DNA of 64,000 bases, from contig SLJL01000008.1 in assembly GCA_007135105.1 (NCBI GenBank), forward strand, positions 26,736 through 90,735. Reading direction: 5' to 3'. Positions 1 through 12,775 of this stretch are shown here, piece by piece. The DNA is from Candidatus Izemoplasma sp. GTDB lineage: Bacteria; Bacillota_I; Bacilli_A; Izemoplasmatales; Izemoplasmataceae. Positions within the stretch are counted from its first letter, which is position 1. Each line of letters begins with the position of its first letter. The translations under genes and the position numbers were made by a program. The notes below the pieces were generated by a model. That model did not search any database. It was not told the DNA's origin and worked only from the letters and a program-made list of their open reading frames with translations.

Positions 1-103
1 CGGTAGCGATTGCAGCTGTTAATGTAGTCTTTCCGTGGTCAACGTGTCCGATTGTTCCAACGTTGACGTGGATTCCTTTACGTTCAAATTTTTGTTTTCC
101 CAT
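1..103 (-). CDS. tuf: Elongation factor Tu, N-terminal fragment (gene runs off the left window edge)
   Basis: Reverse translation of 103..1 gives [34 protein letters not shown] (G1 motif GHVDHGKT). AAGGAGG RBS lies upstream. Follows fusA as in str operons. Confidence 0.95.
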   Translation of the reverse strand, partial: MGKQKFERKGIHVNVGTIGHVDHGKTTLTAAIAT

Positions 104-149
104 TGGTATTTCCTCCTTAAATGGTCTTATAACATTGATATTTTATCGT

Positions 150-178
150 ATTATAGCGCATATTGCAAGTTAAATCAA
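150..178 (-). promoter_or_regulatory. Putative sigma-A promoter in the fusA-tuf spacer
   Basis: Minus strand reads TTGATT (173..178), 17 nt, TATAAT (150..155), about 45 nt upstream of the tuf ATG. Confidence 0.5.
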
Positions 179-2251
179 TTAGCCGTTACGTTTTTTGATG
201 ATTTCCTCAGCAATCGATTTGGGGGCCGGATCGTAGTGTGAAAACTGCATGGTGTAGTTTCCGCGACCCTGTGTATTCGAGCGAAGCGAGGTCGCATAAC
301 CGAACATTTCACTCAGTGGTACTTTGGCTGTGACTTGATGTGCGTTTCCGCGTTGGTTCTGGCTTTCAATCTTGCCACGGCGTGACGTAATATCACCAAT
401 GACATTACCGAGATAGTCATCCGGTGCAATCGCATCGACATTCATGATCGGTTCAAGAATGATCGGTTGACATTTATCCTTGGCGTTTCTGACAGCGATA
501 CCTGCGGCGACTTTGAAGGCCATCTCGTTTGAGTCGACATCGTGGTATGACCCATCATACAGGGTCGCTTTGACATCAATCAGTGGATAACCGGCCACAA
601 CACCGTTTTCAAGCGCTTCGTGGATCCCTTTGTCGACAACGGAGATGTATTCTCTAGGTACAACACCACCGACCACAGCGTCCACGAACTCGTAGCCTTT
701 GCCTTCGTTCGGTTCGAACTTGACCCAGACATGACCGTATTGACCACGGCCACCGGACTGACGAACGAACTTACCTTCGACTTCCGCTTCGCGGGTGAAG
801 GTTTCACGGTAACTGACTTGTGGGGCGCCGATGTTGGCTTCGACTTTGAACTCGCGTTTCATGCGGTCGACAAGGATGTCGAGGTGGAGTTCTCCCATAC
901 CGGCAATGATGGTTTGTCCGGTTTCCTCATCAGAGTAGGTTCTGAATGTCGGATCTTCTTCTGCAAGTTTTTGTAGGGCGGTCGCCATTTTATCCTGGTC
1001 TCCTTTGGATTTCGGTTCAATGGCAACGCTGATAACCGGTTCAGGGAAGTTCATCCGTTCGAGGATGATCGGGTACTTCTCTTCGGCTAGTGTATCTCCT
1101 GTTGAGGTATTTTTGAGGCCGATCGCTGCGGCGATGTCACCGGCGTATACCTGGTCGATTTCTTCGCGGTGATTGGCATGCATCTGGAGAATACGACCGA
1201 TTCTTTCCTTGTTGCCTTTTGTGGTGTTGATGATGTAGGATCCTTTTTTCAGGGTACCTGAATAGACCCGGAAATAAGTCAGGCGACCGACGAACGGATC
1301 GGTGGCAACCTTGAATGCGAGTGCAGCAAACTTGTCTTCATCGTTGATGGCGACTTTGACTTCTTCGTCCGTATCTTGCATCAGGCCTTTGATCTTGACG
1401 ACGTCCGTTGGTGCGGGAAGGTAGTCGATGACACCATCAAGCATGAGTTTGACACCTTTGTTCTTAAAGGCGCTACCGCAAAGGACGGGGAAGAAATCCA
1501 CATCCAGTGTGGCTTTACGGATGACACCTTTCAAGGTGTCGGCGTCGATGGTTTCACCTTCAAGGTAAAGCATCATCAGTTCTTCGTCGAAATCAGCGAT
1601 CTCCTCGATGAGTTCTGTCCGTTTCTCTTCGACTTTCTCTTGTAGATAATCGGGAATATCGATCTCTTCAGGTTTTTCATCATGACCACCGTCATAGTGA
1701 TAAGCTTTCATTTCCACAAGATCGATGATGCCGTCGAATTGGTCCTCTGCGCCGATCGGCCATTGAATGGCGGCGACTTTTACGCCGAGGCGGTCCTTGA
1801 TGGTTCCGACACTGTATTCGAAGTCGGCACCGAGTTTGTCCATTTTGTTGACAAAGACGATTCTCGGAACCATGTATTCAGTGGCTTGACGCCACACGGT
1901 TTCAGTCTGTGGTTCGACACCTGCTTGAGCATCCAGCACGGCAACTGCGCCGTCCAGGACACGGAGTGAGCGGGAGACTTCGACGGTGAAGTCGACGTGA
2001 CCCGGTGTATCGATAATGTTGACACGATGTTCTCTCCAGAAGGCGGTGGTGGCGGCTGAGGTGATGGTGATGCCTCTTTCCTGTTCTTGTTCCATCCAGT
2101 CCATCTGTGAAGCTCCGTCATGGGTTTCACCCATTTTATGGATTTTACCAGTATGATAGAGCACGCGCTCGGTCGTGGTAGTTTTTCCAGCATCGATATG
2201 TGCCATAATCCCGATGTTTCGTGTTTTTTGTAGCGAGTATTGACGTGGCAT
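179..2251 (-). CDS. fusA: Elongation factor G
   Basis: 690-aa ORF with GTPase motifs [17 protein letters not shown] and NKMD. Positioned rpsG-fusA-tuf. Confidence 0.98.
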   Translation of the reverse strand: MPRQYSLQKTRNIGIMAHIDAGKTTTTERVLYHTGKIHKMGETHDGASQMDWMEQEQERGITITSAATTAFWREHRVNIIDTPGHVDFTVEVSRSLRVLDGAVAVLDAQAGVEPQTETVWRQATEYMVPRIVFVNKMDKLGADFEYSVGTIKDRLGVKVAAIQWPIGAEDQFDGIIDLVEMKAYHYDGGHDEKPEEIDIPDYLQEKVEEKRTELIEEIADFDEELMMLYLEGETIDADTLKGVIRKATLDVDFFPVLCGSAFKNKGVKLMLDGVIDYLPAPTDVVKIKGLMQDTDEEVKVAINDEDKFAALAFKVATDPFVGRLTYFRVYSGTLKKGSYIINTTKGNKERIGRILQMHANHREEIDQVYAGDIAAAIGLKNTSTGDTLAEEKYPIILERMNFPEPVISVAIEPKSKGDQDKMATALQKLAEEDPTFRTYSDEETGQTIIAGMGELHLDILVDRMKREFKVEANIGAPQVSYRETFTREAEVEGKFVRQSGGRGQYGHVWVKFEPNEGKGYEFVDAVVGGVVPREYISVVDKGIHEALENGVVAGYPLIDVKATLYDGSYHDVDSNEMAFKVAAGIAVRNAKDKCQPIILEPIMNVDAIAPDDYLGNVIGDITSRRGKIESQNQRGNAHQVTAKVPLSEMFGYATSLRSNTQGRGNYTMQFSHYDPAPKSIAEEIIKKRNG

Positions 2252-2265
2252 AACTATGCTCCTTT

Positions 2266-2736
2266 CTACCAGCGATAATGGGCGAATGCTTTGTTAGCAT
2301 CGGCCATCCTATGCATGTCTTCGCGTTTTTTCACGGATTGTCCGACGTTGTTGGATGCATCGACGATTTCTTTCGCCAGACGCTCTTCCATGGTTTTTTC
2401 ATTACGTAATCTTGCGTACTGTGTCATCCATCTGAGTCCAAGTGTATAGCGACGTTCTTCGCGGACCTCTGATGGGACTTGATAGTTTTGACCCCCGATA
2501 CGGCGTGCGCGGACTTCAAAAGTCGGCATGACGTTGTTCAGGGCGGCTTCAAAGACTTCAATCGGTGGTTGGTTCGTGATTTCTTCCACACGTTTGAAGG
2601 CTGTGTATAAAATATTCTGAGCGGTCGTTTTCTTACCGTCGTTCATGATATTGTTGATGAGTTTCGTTATAAGTTTCGAGTTGTAGATTGGATCGGGAAG
2701 TACATCCCGTTTCGCGATATGTCCTTTACGAGGCAT
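2266..2736 (-). CDS. rpsG: 30S ribosomal protein S7
   Basis: 156-aa ORF starting [18 protein letters not shown], between rpsL and fusA. Confidence 0.98.
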   Translation of the reverse strand: MPRKGHIAKRDVLPDPIYNSKLITKLINNIMNDGKKTTAQNILYTAFKRVEEITNQPPIEVFEAALNNVMPTFEVRARRIGGQNYQVPSEVREERRYTLGLRWMTQYARLRNEKTMEERLAKEIVDASNNVGQSVKKREDMHRMADANKAFAHYRW

Positions 2737-2778
2737 GAACGGTTCCTCCTTTCAAATTGTTTCAATGCTTCTTTTGAA

Positions 2779-3189
2779 CTATGCTTCACGTTTGGTTCCG
2801 TATTTGGAGCGGCCTTGTTTACGGTCGACGACACCACCGGTGTCTAAGGTACCGCGCACGATGTGATAGCGCACACCAGGTAAGTCTTTAACACGACCAC
2901 CACGGATCAAGACAACGCTATGCTCTTGCAGTTTATGGCCAATACCTGGAATATAGGCGGTTACTTCAACACCGTTGGTCAACCTTACACGAGCGTATTT
3001 ACGAAGTGCGGAGTTTGGCTTTTTCGGTGTCATGGTCGCCACACGAGTACAAACACCGCGTTTTTGTGGACTAGGCAGATTGGTGTATTCCCGTTTTAAA
3101 GTGTTGTAGTTCACAGAAAGGGCCGGCGATTTTGTTTTCTTCTTGCGATTGACGCGTCCTTTTCTAACCAGTTGGTTAATTGTAGGCAT
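2779..3189 (-). CDS. rpsL: 30S ribosomal protein S12
   Basis: ORF-track start trimmed to ATG at 3189 ([12 protein letters not shown]) with a GAGGAGG RBS. Contains the conserved [11 protein letters not shown] segment. Confidence 0.97.
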   Translation of the reverse strand: MPTINQLVRKGRVNRKKKTKSPALSVNYNTLKREYTNLPSPQKRGVCTRVATMTPKKPNSALRKYARVRLTNGVEVTAYIPGIGHKLQEHSVVLIRGGRVKDLPGVRYHIVRGTLDTGGVVDRKQGRSKYGTKREA

Positions 3190-3296
3190 GATTTTCCTCC
3201 TCTCAGTTGATACCACTCATCCAAGCGTATCGTTTTTCTCATAAAATTCAGGGTTCATGGAACAAACCCTGTTGTAAGTCTTGTTTCGCAAGTGCA

Positions 3297-3325
3297 ATTA
3301 TACACTACCTGACCAGGTGTGTCAA
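3297..3325 (-). promoter_or_regulatory. Putative sigma-A promoter of the str operon (rpsL-rpsG-fusA-tuf)
   Basis: Minus strand reads TTGACA (3320..3325), 17 nt, TATAAT (3297..3302). This is a perfect consensus about 105 nt upstream of rpsL. Confidence 0.65.
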
Positions 3326-3344
3326 CAATCATGGATACATTTTC

Positions 3345-3378
3345 CGAAAAAGACCCGGACACCCGTTCGGGTGTCCGG
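3345..3378 (-). terminator. Rho-independent terminator after rpoC
   Basis: 10-bp GC-rich stem CCGGACACCC (3355..3364) / GGGTGTCCGG (3369..3378) with a 4-nt loop, followed on the minus strand by a U-rich tract. Lies 9 nt after the rpoC stop. Confidence 0.8.
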
Positions 3379-3386
3379 AATAAAGG

Positions 3387-6300
3387 CTATTTTTCGGGAT
3401 GTTCCTCGAGGAACTCATCATAGCGTGTATCTTCTTCTTCATGCGTATATTCTTCATCGATGATGACCTCATCGTTGTCAAAATCTTCACTGGGTTCCGG
3501 TTCCGGTTTTTCATAACTGAAGCTGGTATGTTTCAGTATGCCTGTTCCGGCAGGGATTCTACCACCGATGATGACGTTTTCCTTAAGACCGACCAGATCG
3601 TCGGTTTTTCCGCGGATGGCGGCATCCGTAAGTACTCTGGTGGTTTCCTGGAAGCTTGCTGCGCTCAGGAAGGATTCGCTTCTCAAGGAGGCACGGGTGA
3701 TTCCGAGTAGGACGGGGCGGCCCACCGCTGGTTTCATGCGGGCTGCGATGGCTTCTGCGTTCGCGGTTTTGAATTCGCCGATCGAGACTTGCGCACCAGG
3801 GAGAAGTTCCGTATCGCCTTCAACGATGATTTTCAGTTTACGCATCATCTGGTGGATGATGATCTCGATGTGTTTATCGGAGATTTCAACCCCTTGTGAG
3901 CGGTAGACTTTCTGAACTTCCTTCAAGATGTATTGTTGGACAGTCTCGGCATTGGTGACACGCAATAGCTGTTTGGGATCGATTGAACCTTCCGTGATCT
4001 TCTCACCGGCTTCAATCGTCTGTCCTTTTTCTACAAGCAAGGTGACATTGGAGTCTGTTTCATATTCAAAAGTATCCTCGCCGTTGCTGACGGTGACCTT
4101 GTAACGTTCGTCTATCTGTTCGATTTTTTCGATGTTGCCGCTGATTTCACTGATGACAGCGAGACCTTTGGGCTTTCTGGCTTCGAAAAGTTCTTGGATC
4201 CGGGGAAGACCTTGTGTAATGTCCGCACCGGCGACACCGCCAGTATGGAAGGTACGCATGGTCAGCTGGGTACCGGGTTCACCAATCGATTGTGCGGCGA
4301 TGATTCCGACGCTTTCTCCGACTTCGACTTTATCGCCTGTGGCCAGGTTCTGGCCGTAGCATCTGGTACAGACACCGTTTTTGGCGCTGCAGGTGAAGAC
4401 CGTGCGGATACGGACTGCATCGATTTTCGCTTCCATGATCCGGTCTACCAGATCCTGGGTGAGGTATACATCTTTTTCAGCGATGATCTCACCGGTCTCC
4501 GGATGTGCGACGGTTTCCTGGGTGTAGCGTCCAAGCAAACGGTCTTCCAAGGGTTCGATCGGCTTATCATCACCATCAAGTACGTCTTTGACGACGATGC
4601 CGTTGTCGGTACCACAATCGTGCTCGGTAACGACAAGGTCTTGAGACACATCGACCAGACGGCGGGTCAGATACCCCGAGTCTGCGGTTTTGAGGGCGGT
4701 ATCGGTTGAACCTTTACGGGCACCATGGGTGGAGATGAAGAATTCACTCATGGTCAAACCTTCACGGAAAGCTGCTTTGATGGGAAGTTCGATGGTCTTA
4801 CCCGATGGGTTGGACATCAGACCGCGCATACCGGCCAGCTGGGTAAAGTTCGAGATGTTACCACGCGCTCCGGAATCGCTCATCATCTGGATGTGATTGT
4901 CGATGGTAAGTTCTTCTGCAAGGCCTTTTTCGATGCGGTCCTTGGCGACTTTCCAGACATCCAGAACAAGATTGTATCGTTCGTTTTCAGTCAAGAAGCC
5001 GTCTTCATACAGTTCCTGGATTTCTTCAACCTTGTGGTCGGCTTCCACCAGGATGTTTTGTTTGTTGCTGTAGGGATTGACATCGAAAGCGGAAACAGTG
5101 ATGCCGGCGAAGGTCGAGTACTTGAAACCGAGGTTTTTCATCTTATCGAGCATTTTGGATGTTTCATTGATTTTGAAATCGGTGAAGACCCGGGAGATGA
5201 TTCTTGAGAGGAATTTCTTTTTGAACGGTTCCACCAGGCGTTTTGCGCCTTTTTTCTCAAGTTCGAAGATTGTTTTTTCGGTTTCATTGATGTCGAGTTC
5301 GTTTGTTTTGGAACTGATATCACGTTGTAGTTTTGCCAGTTTCTGGTATTGCTTTTCGAGTTCAAGACGGTTGAAGATGTGCTCGCGCACATTTTCACCA
5401 CGTTTTACAAAGTAGTGTTCCGGAGTGTTTCGACTCAGGTTTTCTTCGGTTGGCTCGTTCAAGAACGGAAAGCTTTTCGGTAGAATTTCATTGAAAATGA
5501 GTTTACCGACCGTTGTCATGAGGTAGCCTTCTTTTTGTTTTTCGGTCAACGGTGCGTTCCCGAGTGCGCTGGCGCGGATGGCGATCAAGGCATGCAGGGA
5601 AATGATGTCGTTGTCGTAAGCCATCAAAGCTTCCTTGGAATCCTTGAAGATCTTGCCTTCCCCTTCTTGAGCTGTCCGTTCCAAAGTCAGATAGTAGTTG
5701 CCAAGTACCATATCCTGAGACGGGGTCACGACGGGTTTGCCGTCTTTGGGATTGAGGATGTTGTTGGACGCAAGCATCAAAACACGGGCTTCGGCTTGAG
5801 CCTCTTCGCTCAGTGGAACGTGCACAGCCATCTGGTCACCGTCGAAGTCGGCGTTGAACGCCGTGGTGACAAGCGGATGCAGACGAATGGCTTTTCCTTC
5901 GACCAAAACCGGCTCGAATGCCTGGATGCCGAGTCTGTGCAGGGTCGGGGCCCGGTTCAGAAGGACGGGATGTTCTTTGATGACATCTTCTAGTACAGCC
6001 CAAATACGGCCGTCGAGACGTTCAATCATGCCTTTGGCGCTTTTGATGTTTGAGGCGATGTCACGTTCGATCAGTTCACGGATGACAAAGGGTTTGAAAA
6101 GCGAGATTGCCATCTCTTTGGGAATACCGGCTTGATACATCTCGAGGTCGGGTCCGACGACGATGACACTCCGCCCGGAATAGTCAACACGTTTCCCGAG
6201 CAGGTTTTGGCGGAATCGGCCTTGTTTTCCTCGAAGCATATCGGAAAGACTTTTAAGCGGGCGGTTCTTCTCCACGACGACTTTGCGACCACGTTTCGAG

Positions 6301-7190
6301 TTGTCGATAAGCGCGTCCACCGCTTCTTGAAGCATCCTTTTTTCATTCTTGGTGATCAGATGCGGCGCGTTTTGCTCTTTTTGACGCTTAAGACGGTTGT
6401 TACGGTTGAGAATGCGACGATAAAGATCGTTCAAGTCCGTGGTGGCGAAACGGCCACCGTCAAGTTGAACCATGGGGCGCAGTTCCGGTGGAATAACCGG
6501 TAGAACGTCCATGACCATCCATTCGGGCTTGTTATCGGATTTGCGGAATGCTTCGATAACTTCCAGGCGTTTGATGTACTTGTCGCGTTTTTGTTTCGAT
6601 GCGTTCGGCAAGGCTTTTCTCAGTTTGTAGGATTCCTCCTCCAAATCAAGACGCTCCAGCAGAACTTTCACGGCTTCCGCACCGGTCAGCGCTTTGAAAC
6701 GCGAGCCATACTCCATATATTTTTCGGTGTATCTCGCTTCGCTCAGGATCTGTTTGTAGTGTAGATCGGTGTCACCTTTGTCAATGACGATGTAGGAAGC
6801 CAGATAGACGACTTCTTCAAGATCCTTTGATTTGATGTCGAGCAGCGTCGCGATGCGAGAGGGTGTATTGCGCAAGTACCAGGTATGAACGACCGGGGCA
6901 GCGAGCTTGATGTGGCCCATGCGTTCTCTACGGACTTTGCTTTCGGTGATTTCCACACCGCAGTCCGGGCATTTTTTACCGCTGTGGGATGATTTTTTAC
7001 TTTTGTTGTTACAGGCACATTGATAGTCCTTGGTCGGACCAAAGATGACTTCGCAGAAAAGGCCTTTCTTTTCTGGTTTCAATGTACGATAGTTGATGGT
7101 TTCATGTTTCTCGACTTCACCGAAAGACCAATCGAGGATTTCTTCGGATGAAGCGAGTCTGATTTTATAGTGGGAATATTTTTGGCTCAT
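3387..7190 (-). CDS. rpoC: DNA-directed RNA polymerase subunit beta prime
   Basis: 1267-aa ORF with an N-terminal Zn finger (CAC...CPDCG), the catalytic NADFDGDQM motif and a C-terminal acidic tail. Confidence 0.98.
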   Translation of the reverse strand: MSQKYSHYKIRLASSEEILDWSFGEVEKHETINYRTLKPEKKGLFCEVIFGPTKDYQCACNNKSKKSSHSGKKCPDCGVEITESKVRRERMGHIKLAAPVVHTWYLRNTPSRIATLLDIKSKDLEEVVYLASYIVIDKGDTDLHYKQILSEARYTEKYMEYGSRFKALTGAEAVKVLLERLDLEEESYKLRKALPNASKQKRDKYIKRLEVIEAFRKSDNKPEWMVMDVLPVIPPELRPMVQLDGGRFATTDLNDLYRRILNRNNRLKRQKEQNAPHLITKNEKRMLQEAVDALIDNSKRGRKVVVEKNRPLKSLSDMLRGKQGRFRQNLLGKRVDYSGRSVIVVGPDLEMYQAGIPKEMAISLFKPFVIRELIERDIASNIKSAKGMIERLDGRIWAVLEDVIKEHPVLLNRAPTLHRLGIQAFEPVLVEGKAIRLHPLVTTAFNADFDGDQMAVHVPLSEEAQAEARVLMLASNNILNPKDGKPVVTPSQDMVLGNYYLTLERTAQEGEGKIFKDSKEALMAYDNDIISLHALIAIRASALGNAPLTEKQKEGYLMTTVGKLIFNEILPKSFPFLNEPTEENLSRNTPEHYFVKRGENVREHIFNRLELEKQYQKLAKLQRDISSKTNELDINETEKTIFELEKKGAKRLVEPFKKKFLSRIISRVFTDFKINETSKMLDKMKNLGFKYSTFAGITVSAFDVNPYSNKQNILVEADHKVEEIQELYEDGFLTENERYNLVLDVWKVAKDRIEKGLAEELTIDNHIQMMSDSGARGNISNFTQLAGMRGLMSNPSGKTIELPIKAAFREGLTMSEFFISTHGARKGSTDTALKTADSGYLTRRLVDVSQDLVVTEHDCGTDNGIVVKDVLDGDDKPIEPLEDRLLGRYTQETVAHPETGEIIAEKDVYLTQDLVDRIMEAKIDAVRIRTVFTCSAKNGVCTRCYGQNLATGDKVEVGESVGIIAAQSIGEPGTQLTMRTFHTGGVAGADITQGLPRIQELFEARKPKGLAVISEISGNIEKIEQIDERYKVTVSNGEDTFEYETDSNVTLLVEKGQTIEAGEKITEGSIDPKQLLRVTNAETVQQYILKEVQKVYRSQGVEISDKHIEIIIHQMMRKLKIIVEGDTELLPGAQVSIGEFKTANAEAIAARMKPAVGRPVLLGITRASLRSESFLSAASFQETTRVLTDAAIRGKTDDLVGLKENVIIGGRIPAGTGILKHTSFSYEKPEPEPSEDFDNDEVIIDEEYTHEEEDTRYDEFLEEHPEK

Positions 7191-7208
7191 CGTATCACCT
7201 TACCTTAA

Positions 7209-10200
7209 TTAGGAGTTGAAGCCGTATTTGTCAATATAGTCTTCCACGTCGGAATCTTCGACAAGACTTTTGTTTGCCTCGTTGCGTTTGGTATCTCTAT
7301 TAATCAGTTCGACGGAAATGCCAAGTGATTGAAGTTCCCGGGTCAAAACGCGGAACGATTCTGGCAACGAAGGCTCAGGGATGCTTTTACCATCAACAAT
7401 CGAACGGAACACTTTGTTTCTGCCGATGATGTCGTCACTCTTGACAGTCAGCATTTCTTGCAGGCAATAAGCTGCACCGTAGGCTTCAAGTGCCCAAACT
7501 TCCATCTCTCCGAAGCGTTGGCCACCATTTTGTGCCTTACCACCCATCGGTTGTTGTGTAACCAGGGTGTAGGGGCCAACACTTCTGGCGTGTAGCTTGT
7601 CATCGACCATGTGGTCGAGTTTGATCATATGCATGACACCTACAGCAACATCGTTGTCGTAAGCATCACCGGATTGACCGGAATAAAGCCTGGTTTTTCC
7701 ATCGGCTTGCATACCGGCTTCTTTCATGATTTCAACCAGGTCGTCGTTTTCAACACCGTCGAAAACTGGTGTAGCAACATGAATCCCCAGGTTTCTAGCG
7801 GCCATACCCAAGTGGATTTCAAGGACTTGTCCGATGTTCATCCGTGAGGGGACACCAAGCGGGTTGAGCATGATGTCGACCGGTGTACCATCAGGGAGGA
7901 AGGGCATGTCCTCTTCCGGTAGGATTTTCGATATGACACCTTTGTTTCCGTGACGACCTGCCATTTTGTCGCCTTCGGAAATTTTCCGTTTCTGGACAAT
8001 GAAGACGCGGACAACTTCGTTTGCGCCAGGTGGCAGTTCATCACCGTCGGCTCTCGAGAAGTATTTTACACTGTGGACAATACCGCCGCCACCATGGGGT
8101 ACACGCAACGAAGTGTCACGCACTTCACGAGATTTCTCGCCGAAAATGGCAAGCAGTAGTCTATCTTCAGGTGTCGGGTCCGTTTGCCCTTTCGGGGTTA
8201 CTTTTCCGACAAGAATATCGCCTTCTTCAACCTCGGCGCCGGGAATGATGATGCCGCGGTCGTCAAGATATTTGCGACCTTCTTCCCCGACGTTCGGGAT
8301 TTCACGGGTGATTTCTTCTTTGCCGAGTTTGGTGTCACGGGCTTCGGCGTCGTATTTTTCGATGTGGATTGATGTATAGATATCATCTTTGACGAGTCGC
8401 TCGCTCAAAATAACGGCATCCTCGTAGTTGTAACCATTCCAGGTCATGAATGCGACAATGACGTTGCGACCCAGGGCCAGTTCGCCTTCATCCATTGAGG
8501 GTCCATCGCTGATGATTTCGCCCGTTTTGATGTCATCGCCGATTTTGACGATGGGTTTTTGGTTGAAACAAGTGCCTTGGTTGCTGCGCTCGAATTTGTC
8601 GAGATCATAGACATCGAGTTTGCCTTCGGTGTTCTTGATTTTTATTCTATTCGCATCAACGTATTCGACAATACCATCGTCGAGCGCGACTTGACAGGCG
8701 CCACTGTCCTTGGCTGCCTTGTACTCGATCCCTGTCCCGACAAAGGCTGCTTCGGGTTTCAAAAGCGGGATGGCTTGACGCTGCATGTTGGCACCCATGA
8801 GTGCCCTGTTGGCGTCATCGTGTTCCAAGAACGGAATCGAACTGGTCGAAATGGAGACGATCTGTTTTGGAGACACGTCAATCAAGTCGATTTCTTCTTT
8901 TGCTTGCATTTTCGTTTCACCCATGTGGCGTGAAACGACATTATCATCGATGACACGGTGATCGTCATCAAGATTGATGTTCGCCTGACCGATGGTGTAG
9001 TCTTCTTCTTGATCAGCCGTCAGGAAAATGTACTCATCGGTTATATATAGTTCAGTGGAGCCATCAGCCTGTTGTTCTTTTCTGACTTTCAAATACGGGG
9101 TCTCGATGAACCCGTACTGGTTGACACGCACATAGGATGCAAGGCTGTTGATCAAACCGATGTTCTGTCCTTCCGGCGTCTCAATCGGACAGATTCTGCC
9201 ATAGTGTGAATAGTGGACGTCTCTGACCTCGAATCCGGCGCGATCACGTGTAAGACCGCCTGGTCCGAGTGCCGATAGACGTCGTTTATGGGTCAGTTCG
9301 TCGAGCGGGTTGGTTTGCGACATGAACTGTGACAGCTGCGAGGAACCGAAAAATTCTTTCAGGGATGATGTCAGTGGTCTTATGTTAATGAGGCCTTGTG
9401 GCTTCATTTCGGATGTATCTCTTGTCGACATGCGGTCTTTGACGTTTTTCTCCAATTTTGAAAGCCCGATGCGGAATTGGTTTTTCAGTAGCTCACCAAT
9501 TAAACGCAGACGACGGTTGCCAAGGTGGTCGATGTCGTCCAGGCGGCCATAGTTGGACATCAAGTTGAGGTAATAGTTCATGGAGGCGATGATGTCTGAA
9601 GGAACAAGGTGTTCAGCGGTTTCACTGGAGTTGTTGCCAATGACGCGCACACGAATCTCCTCATCTTCTTTATTGCGATGGAGGACTTCCAGTATTTCTA
9701 CCTGTGCAAGGTCAAGGTACAACGCTTCTTTTGCAAAGGTTTCCTTGAGACTCTCCACCATGTTATCGAAAGTTTCATTGCCTTCGGATTTGATGAACTG
9801 TTTTTCTGTCTGGTTTTTATCTTTGAGGTATCCTTCGATATACTGATCGATGGTCCAGTATTTCTGATAGCGAATCTGATGTAGCTTTTCTTCATCGCTC
9901 AGAAATGAAAGATACGGATTCGCATCCAGGATTTCCCTTTGTTCAAGGAAATCGAATTCCAAAGTGTCTTTTAGAACACCGGCAATGGTTTCACTAAAGT
10001 GTTCGCGGTTCTTATCGAGGATTTCGAGAACGGATGCATCGATTTCCGTGCCTGCCTCGACAATAATCTCACCAGTTTCCTTGTTGATGACGTTTTGACC
10101 GAGGATGGCGCCTTTGATATGGTTAAGTGCATTCAGCTTCTGATTGACTTTGAAACGCCCCACTTTTGCCAGTTCATACCGTTTGGAATCAAACAAACGG

Positions 10201-10973
10201 CTGACAAAGAAACTGATGGCGCCTTCGATGGTGGCTGTCTCCCCTTGACGCAATTTGGAGTATACTTCCAAAATGGCGTCGTGCGAGGTTTTTGTGGCAT
10301 CTTTTTCCAGCGTATTGTTTATATAGAAATTATCGCCGAATATGCTTTGGATCTGGTCGGAACTGGAAAAACCGAGGGCACGCAATAACGTGGTCATCGG
10401 GATTTTCTTTGAACGGTCGAGCTTGACAAACAGGTTGTCGCGCGAGCCGGTCTCGTATTCAAGCCAGGCTCCCCGGTTGGGAATGATCTGGCCGAGATAT
10501 TTGGACTGCAAAGTCTTACGGTCGATTTCTTCACTGAAAAATACGCCAGCACTACGGACTATCTGTGAAACAATAACACGTTCGCTGCCGTTGATTATAA
10601 ATGATGCTCGAGGCGTCATGTATGGGAAATCACCCATGAAAATCTTTTGTTCAACAATTTCGCCAGTGTTGTTGTTAACGAGTTTCACCCCAACACGTAG
10701 CGGTTTGGCATAAGTTAATTCTTTATCTTTGCATTGAGTTATGGAAAATTTTGATTCACCGAATTCAATACCTTCAAAATAAAGTTCAAGATCACCGGTG
10801 TGGTTCTCAATGGGTGAAATGTCGGTCAGAAGTTCTTCCAGACCTTCCTTGACGAACCAGTCAAATGATTTGGTTTGCACCTCAATCAGATTTGGCAGTT
10901 CGACATTGGATTTGACACGCGAGTAGTTACGACGCTCACGTTTTTTTCCATATTTGACGATCGAATAATTCAC
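7209..10973 (-). CDS. rpoB: DNA-directed RNA polymerase subunit beta
   Basis: 1254-aa ORF with a GTG start and purine-rich RBS. Carries conserved beta segments ([39 protein letters not shown]). Sits directly upstream of rpoC. Confidence 0.98.
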   Translation of the reverse strand: MNYSIVKYGKKRERRNYSRVKSNVELPNLIEVQTKSFDWFVKEGLEELLTDISPIENHTGDLELYFEGIEFGESKFSITQCKDKELTYAKPLRVGVKLVNNNTGEIVEQKIFMGDFPYMTPRASFIINGSERVIVSQIVRSAGVFFSEEIDRKTLQSKYLGQIIPNRGAWLEYETGSRDNLFVKLDRSKKIPMTTLLRALGFSSSDQIQSIFGDNFYINNTLEKDATKTSHDAILEVYSKLRQGETATIEGAISFFVSRLFDSKRYELAKVGRFKVNQKLNALNHIKGAILGQNVINKETGEIIVEAGTEIDASVLEILDKNREHFSETIAGVLKDTLEFDFLEQREILDANPYLSFLSDEEKLHQIRYQKYWTIDQYIEGYLKDKNQTEKQFIKSEGNETFDNMVESLKETFAKEALYLDLAQVEILEVLHRNKEDEEIRVRVIGNNSSETAEHLVPSDIIASMNYYLNLMSNYGRLDDIDHLGNRRLRLIGELLKNQFRIGLSKLEKNVKDRMSTRDTSEMKPQGLINIRPLTSSLKEFFGSSQLSQFMSQTNPLDELTHKRRLSALGPGGLTRDRAGFEVRDVHYSHYGRICPIETPEGQNIGLINSLASYVRVNQYGFIETPYLKVRKEQQADGSTELYITDEYIFLTADQEEDYTIGQANINLDDDHRVIDDNVVSRHMGETKMQAKEEIDLIDVSPKQIVSISTSSIPFLEHDDANRALMGANMQRQAIPLLKPEAAFVGTGIEYKAAKDSGACQVALDDGIVEYVDANRIKIKNTEGKLDVYDLDKFERSNQGTCFNQKPIVKIGDDIKTGEIISDGPSMDEGELALGRNVIVAFMTWNGYNYEDAVILSERLVKDDIYTSIHIEKYDAEARDTKLGKEEITREIPNVGEEGRKYLDDRGIIIPGAEVEEGDILVGKVTPKGQTDPTPEDRLLLAIFGEKSREVRDTSLRVPHGGGGIVHSVKYFSRADGDELPPGANEVVRVFIVQKRKISEGDKMAGRHGNKGVISKILPEEDMPFLPDGTPVDIMLNPLGVPSRMNIGQVLEIHLGMAARNLGIHVATPVFDGVENDDLVEIMKEAGMQADGKTRLYSGQSGDAYDNDVAVGVMHMIKLDHMVDDKLHARSVGPYTLVTQQPMGGKAQNGGQRFGEMEVWALEAYGAAYCLQEMLTVKSDDIIGRNKVFRSIVDGKSIPEPSLPESFRVLTRELQSLGISVELINRDTKRNEANKSLVEDSDVEDYIDKYGFNS

Positions 10974-11068
10974 TAATATCCACCCCGTTTTAGTAGTAAA
11001 AAGAGATTACAACACAAAAAAGCGCATTGTATCGCATTTTGTTATTTTATCACAAACTTGTCAAGACG

Positions 11069-11662
11069 TCAATGACTTTTTTTACACATGATGACGTGAA
11101 AACCTTTGTCTTTAGCAACAACGTGCGTATCAGAAAGTTCGCTTAAATACTTCAATGCGGATAAAGCACCGTGTTTTTTGTGCATGACCAGCCATAGTTC
11201 GCCCATTGGGTTCAGGTGGTCGATTGCGTGTTTGAATAAAGGGTACAGTTTCTTTTTGCCGATGCGTATCGGCGGATTGCTTACAATCAAGTCAAAACGT
11301 TTTTCGAAATTCTCAAATCCGTCATTTTGCTTGATATCGACACTGACGGCGTTCGCTTTGGCATTGAGATGTGCCAAGGCAACGGCGCGTTCGTTGATAT
11401 CGGTCATTGTCACATCAAGTGTCTGCGTCTTGGCAAGCACGATGCCGAATAGACCATAGCCACAACCGAGGTCCAGAAGTGTTCTCGCTGTAGAATCGAT
11501 TGTTATGTTTTTCAGAAGTATCTGACTTGCGGTATCGATCTTTCCTTTGGAGAAAACACCGTGGTCGGTCGTGAATGTGAATGTGTGGTTTTGAAAGTCG
11601 AATGTAAGTATTTTGGTATTCGATTTGAGATCTTTTTGCGATGAATCGAAATAATGCGCCAT
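11069..11662 (-). CDS. Class I SAM-dependent methyltransferase (RsmC/RsmD-like small-domain N-methyltransferase, ybxB-position)
   Basis: Start trimmed to ATG 11662 (MAHYFDSS). Has SAM motif LLDLGCGYG and NPP motif VSNPPIRIG. Occupies the rplL-rpoB slot, as ybxB does in Bacillus. Confidence 0.8.
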   Translation of the reverse strand: MAHYFDSSQKDLKSNTKILTFDFQNHTFTFTTDHGVFSKGKIDTASQILLKNITIDSTARTLLDLGCGYGLFGIVLAKTQTLDVTMTDINERAVALAHLNAKANAVSVDIKQNDGFENFEKRFDLIVSNPPIRIGKKKLYPLFKHAIDHLNPMGELWLVMHKKHGALSALKYLSELSDTHVVAKDKGFHVIMCKKSH

Positions 11663-11693
11663 AATGTCACCTTTCTGGTATAAGGGTAGAAAA

Positions 11694-11725
11694 GGCAAAA
11701 ACCTGAGTAGGGATACTCAGGTTTT
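11694..11725 (-). terminator. Hairpin terminator/attenuator between rplL and the methyltransferase-rpoBC unit
   Basis: Stem AACCTGAGTA (11700..11709) / TACTCAGGTT (11714..11723) with a 4-nt loop, flanked by A and T runs. Lies 18 nt after the rplL stop. Confidence 0.7.
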
Positions 11726-11741
11726 TATGTTTTCGATGGCG

Positions 11742-12110
11742 TTATTTGACTTCGACAGATGCGCCGGCTTCTTCGAGTTTTTCTTTGATTTCTTCAGCAT
11801 CTTCAGGGCTGATGTTTTCTTTGACGGCCGCAGGTGCACTGTCAACGAGCGCTTTAGCTTCTTTGAGGCCAAGACCGGTGATTTCGCGAATCGCTTTGAT
11901 GACACCGATTTTCTTTTGACCAGCGCTGGTCAAAGTGATGGTGACTTCTGAAGGCTCTGCGTCTTCAGCTGCAGCTGCAGGTCCTGCAACAGCAACCGCA
12001 CTTGGATCGACACCGAATTCTTCTTTCATCAGGTCGACGAGATCTTTAAGTTCCAACAATGTTTTTTCTTTCAATGCTTCAATGATTTCTGAGTTTTTAA
12101 GATTTGCCAT
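11742..12110 (-). CDS. rplL: 50S ribosomal protein L7/L12
   Basis: 122-aa ORF with an Ala-rich hinge ([15 protein letters not shown]) and the conserved C-terminal domain [20 protein letters not shown]. Confidence 0.98.
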   Translation of the reverse strand: MANLKNSEIIEALKEKTLLELKDLVDLMKEEFGVDPSAVAVAGPAAAAEDAEPSEVTITLTSAGQKKIGVIKAIREITGLGLKEAKALVDSAPAAVKENISPEDAEEIKEKLEEAGASVEVK

Positions 12111-12126
12111 GATTAATTCCTCCTAA

Positions 12127-12630
12127 TTATCCGTTATTTTCTTCTAAATTTTCTGCGTGCATGTTAATGGCCATGGCCACATGCTTGATTGGTTCTAAAA
12201 TGCCACCTGCGATCATGGTGAGTAGTTGTTCTCTTGATGGGATGGTCGCGATGGTTTGAATCTTGTCATTGTCCATGTATTCATCATCGACAATACCAAC
12301 TTTAAGTTCGAGTTTCTTGTGGTCTTTTGCGAATTCATAGATGGTTTTAGCGGCGCTGACACTGTCTTCGTGAGACATGGCAAGCGCATTCGGGCCAGTG
12401 ATGTTTTCTACTAGCTCGCCGTAGCCTGCGGCTTCGGCTGCTCGTCTGATGATGTTGTTTTTGAGCACTTTGAAATCACAGCCGTTGTTCATGAGTTCAA
12501 CACGAAGTTTGGTGACTTCATCGACGGTGAGGCCAAGATAATTTACGACCACGACCGAATTGGCTTCCTTCATTTTATCAGTAAGTTCAGCGACGAGTTC
12601 TTTCTTCTTTTCAATAGCTTTTCTAGCCAA
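12127..12630 (-). CDS. rplJ: 50S ribosomal protein L10
   Basis: 167-aa ORF with a TTG start 7 nt after GGAGGTG. Immediately upstream of rplL. Confidence 0.95.
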   Translation of the reverse strand: MARKAIEKKKELVAELTDKMKEANSVVVVNYLGLTVDEVTKLRVELMNNGCDFKVLKNNIIRRAAEAAGYGELVENITGPNALAMSHEDSVSAAKTIYEFAKDHKKLELKVGIVDDEYMDNDKIQTIATIPSREQLLTMIAGGILEPIKHVAMAINMHAENLEENNG

Positions 12631-12775
12631 CGGTTACACCTCCTGAGTGTTATTAATGAAAAACCTCTTTCGTCGAACGACAAAAGAGGTCTATAAATCA
12701 GCGTCTTTTGTCTAGTTGGGATATTAAGCTTGCGCACCCAAGGTCTTCGACAGGTATTCATATGTATTGGTTTGA
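12631..12775 (-). promoter_or_regulatory. rplJ 5' leader with a terminator-like hairpin (candidate L10-leader-type attenuator)
   Basis: 145-nt untranslated gap between rplA and rplJ. The minus-strand hairpin CCTCTTT...AAAGAGG (12664..12689) is followed by UUUUU (12659..12663), about 30 nt before the start codon. Confidence 0.5.

Noticed and set aside
3190-3216. N-terminal extensions implied by ORF-track starts (for example rpsL, rplM, rplP, rpsH, rpsJ, rplD, metG, oraS, ortA).
   Set aside because: In each case a downstream start is preceded by a good Shine-Dalgarno sequence and gives the canonical N-terminus of the family. The upstream codons overlap the preceding gene or lack an RBS.
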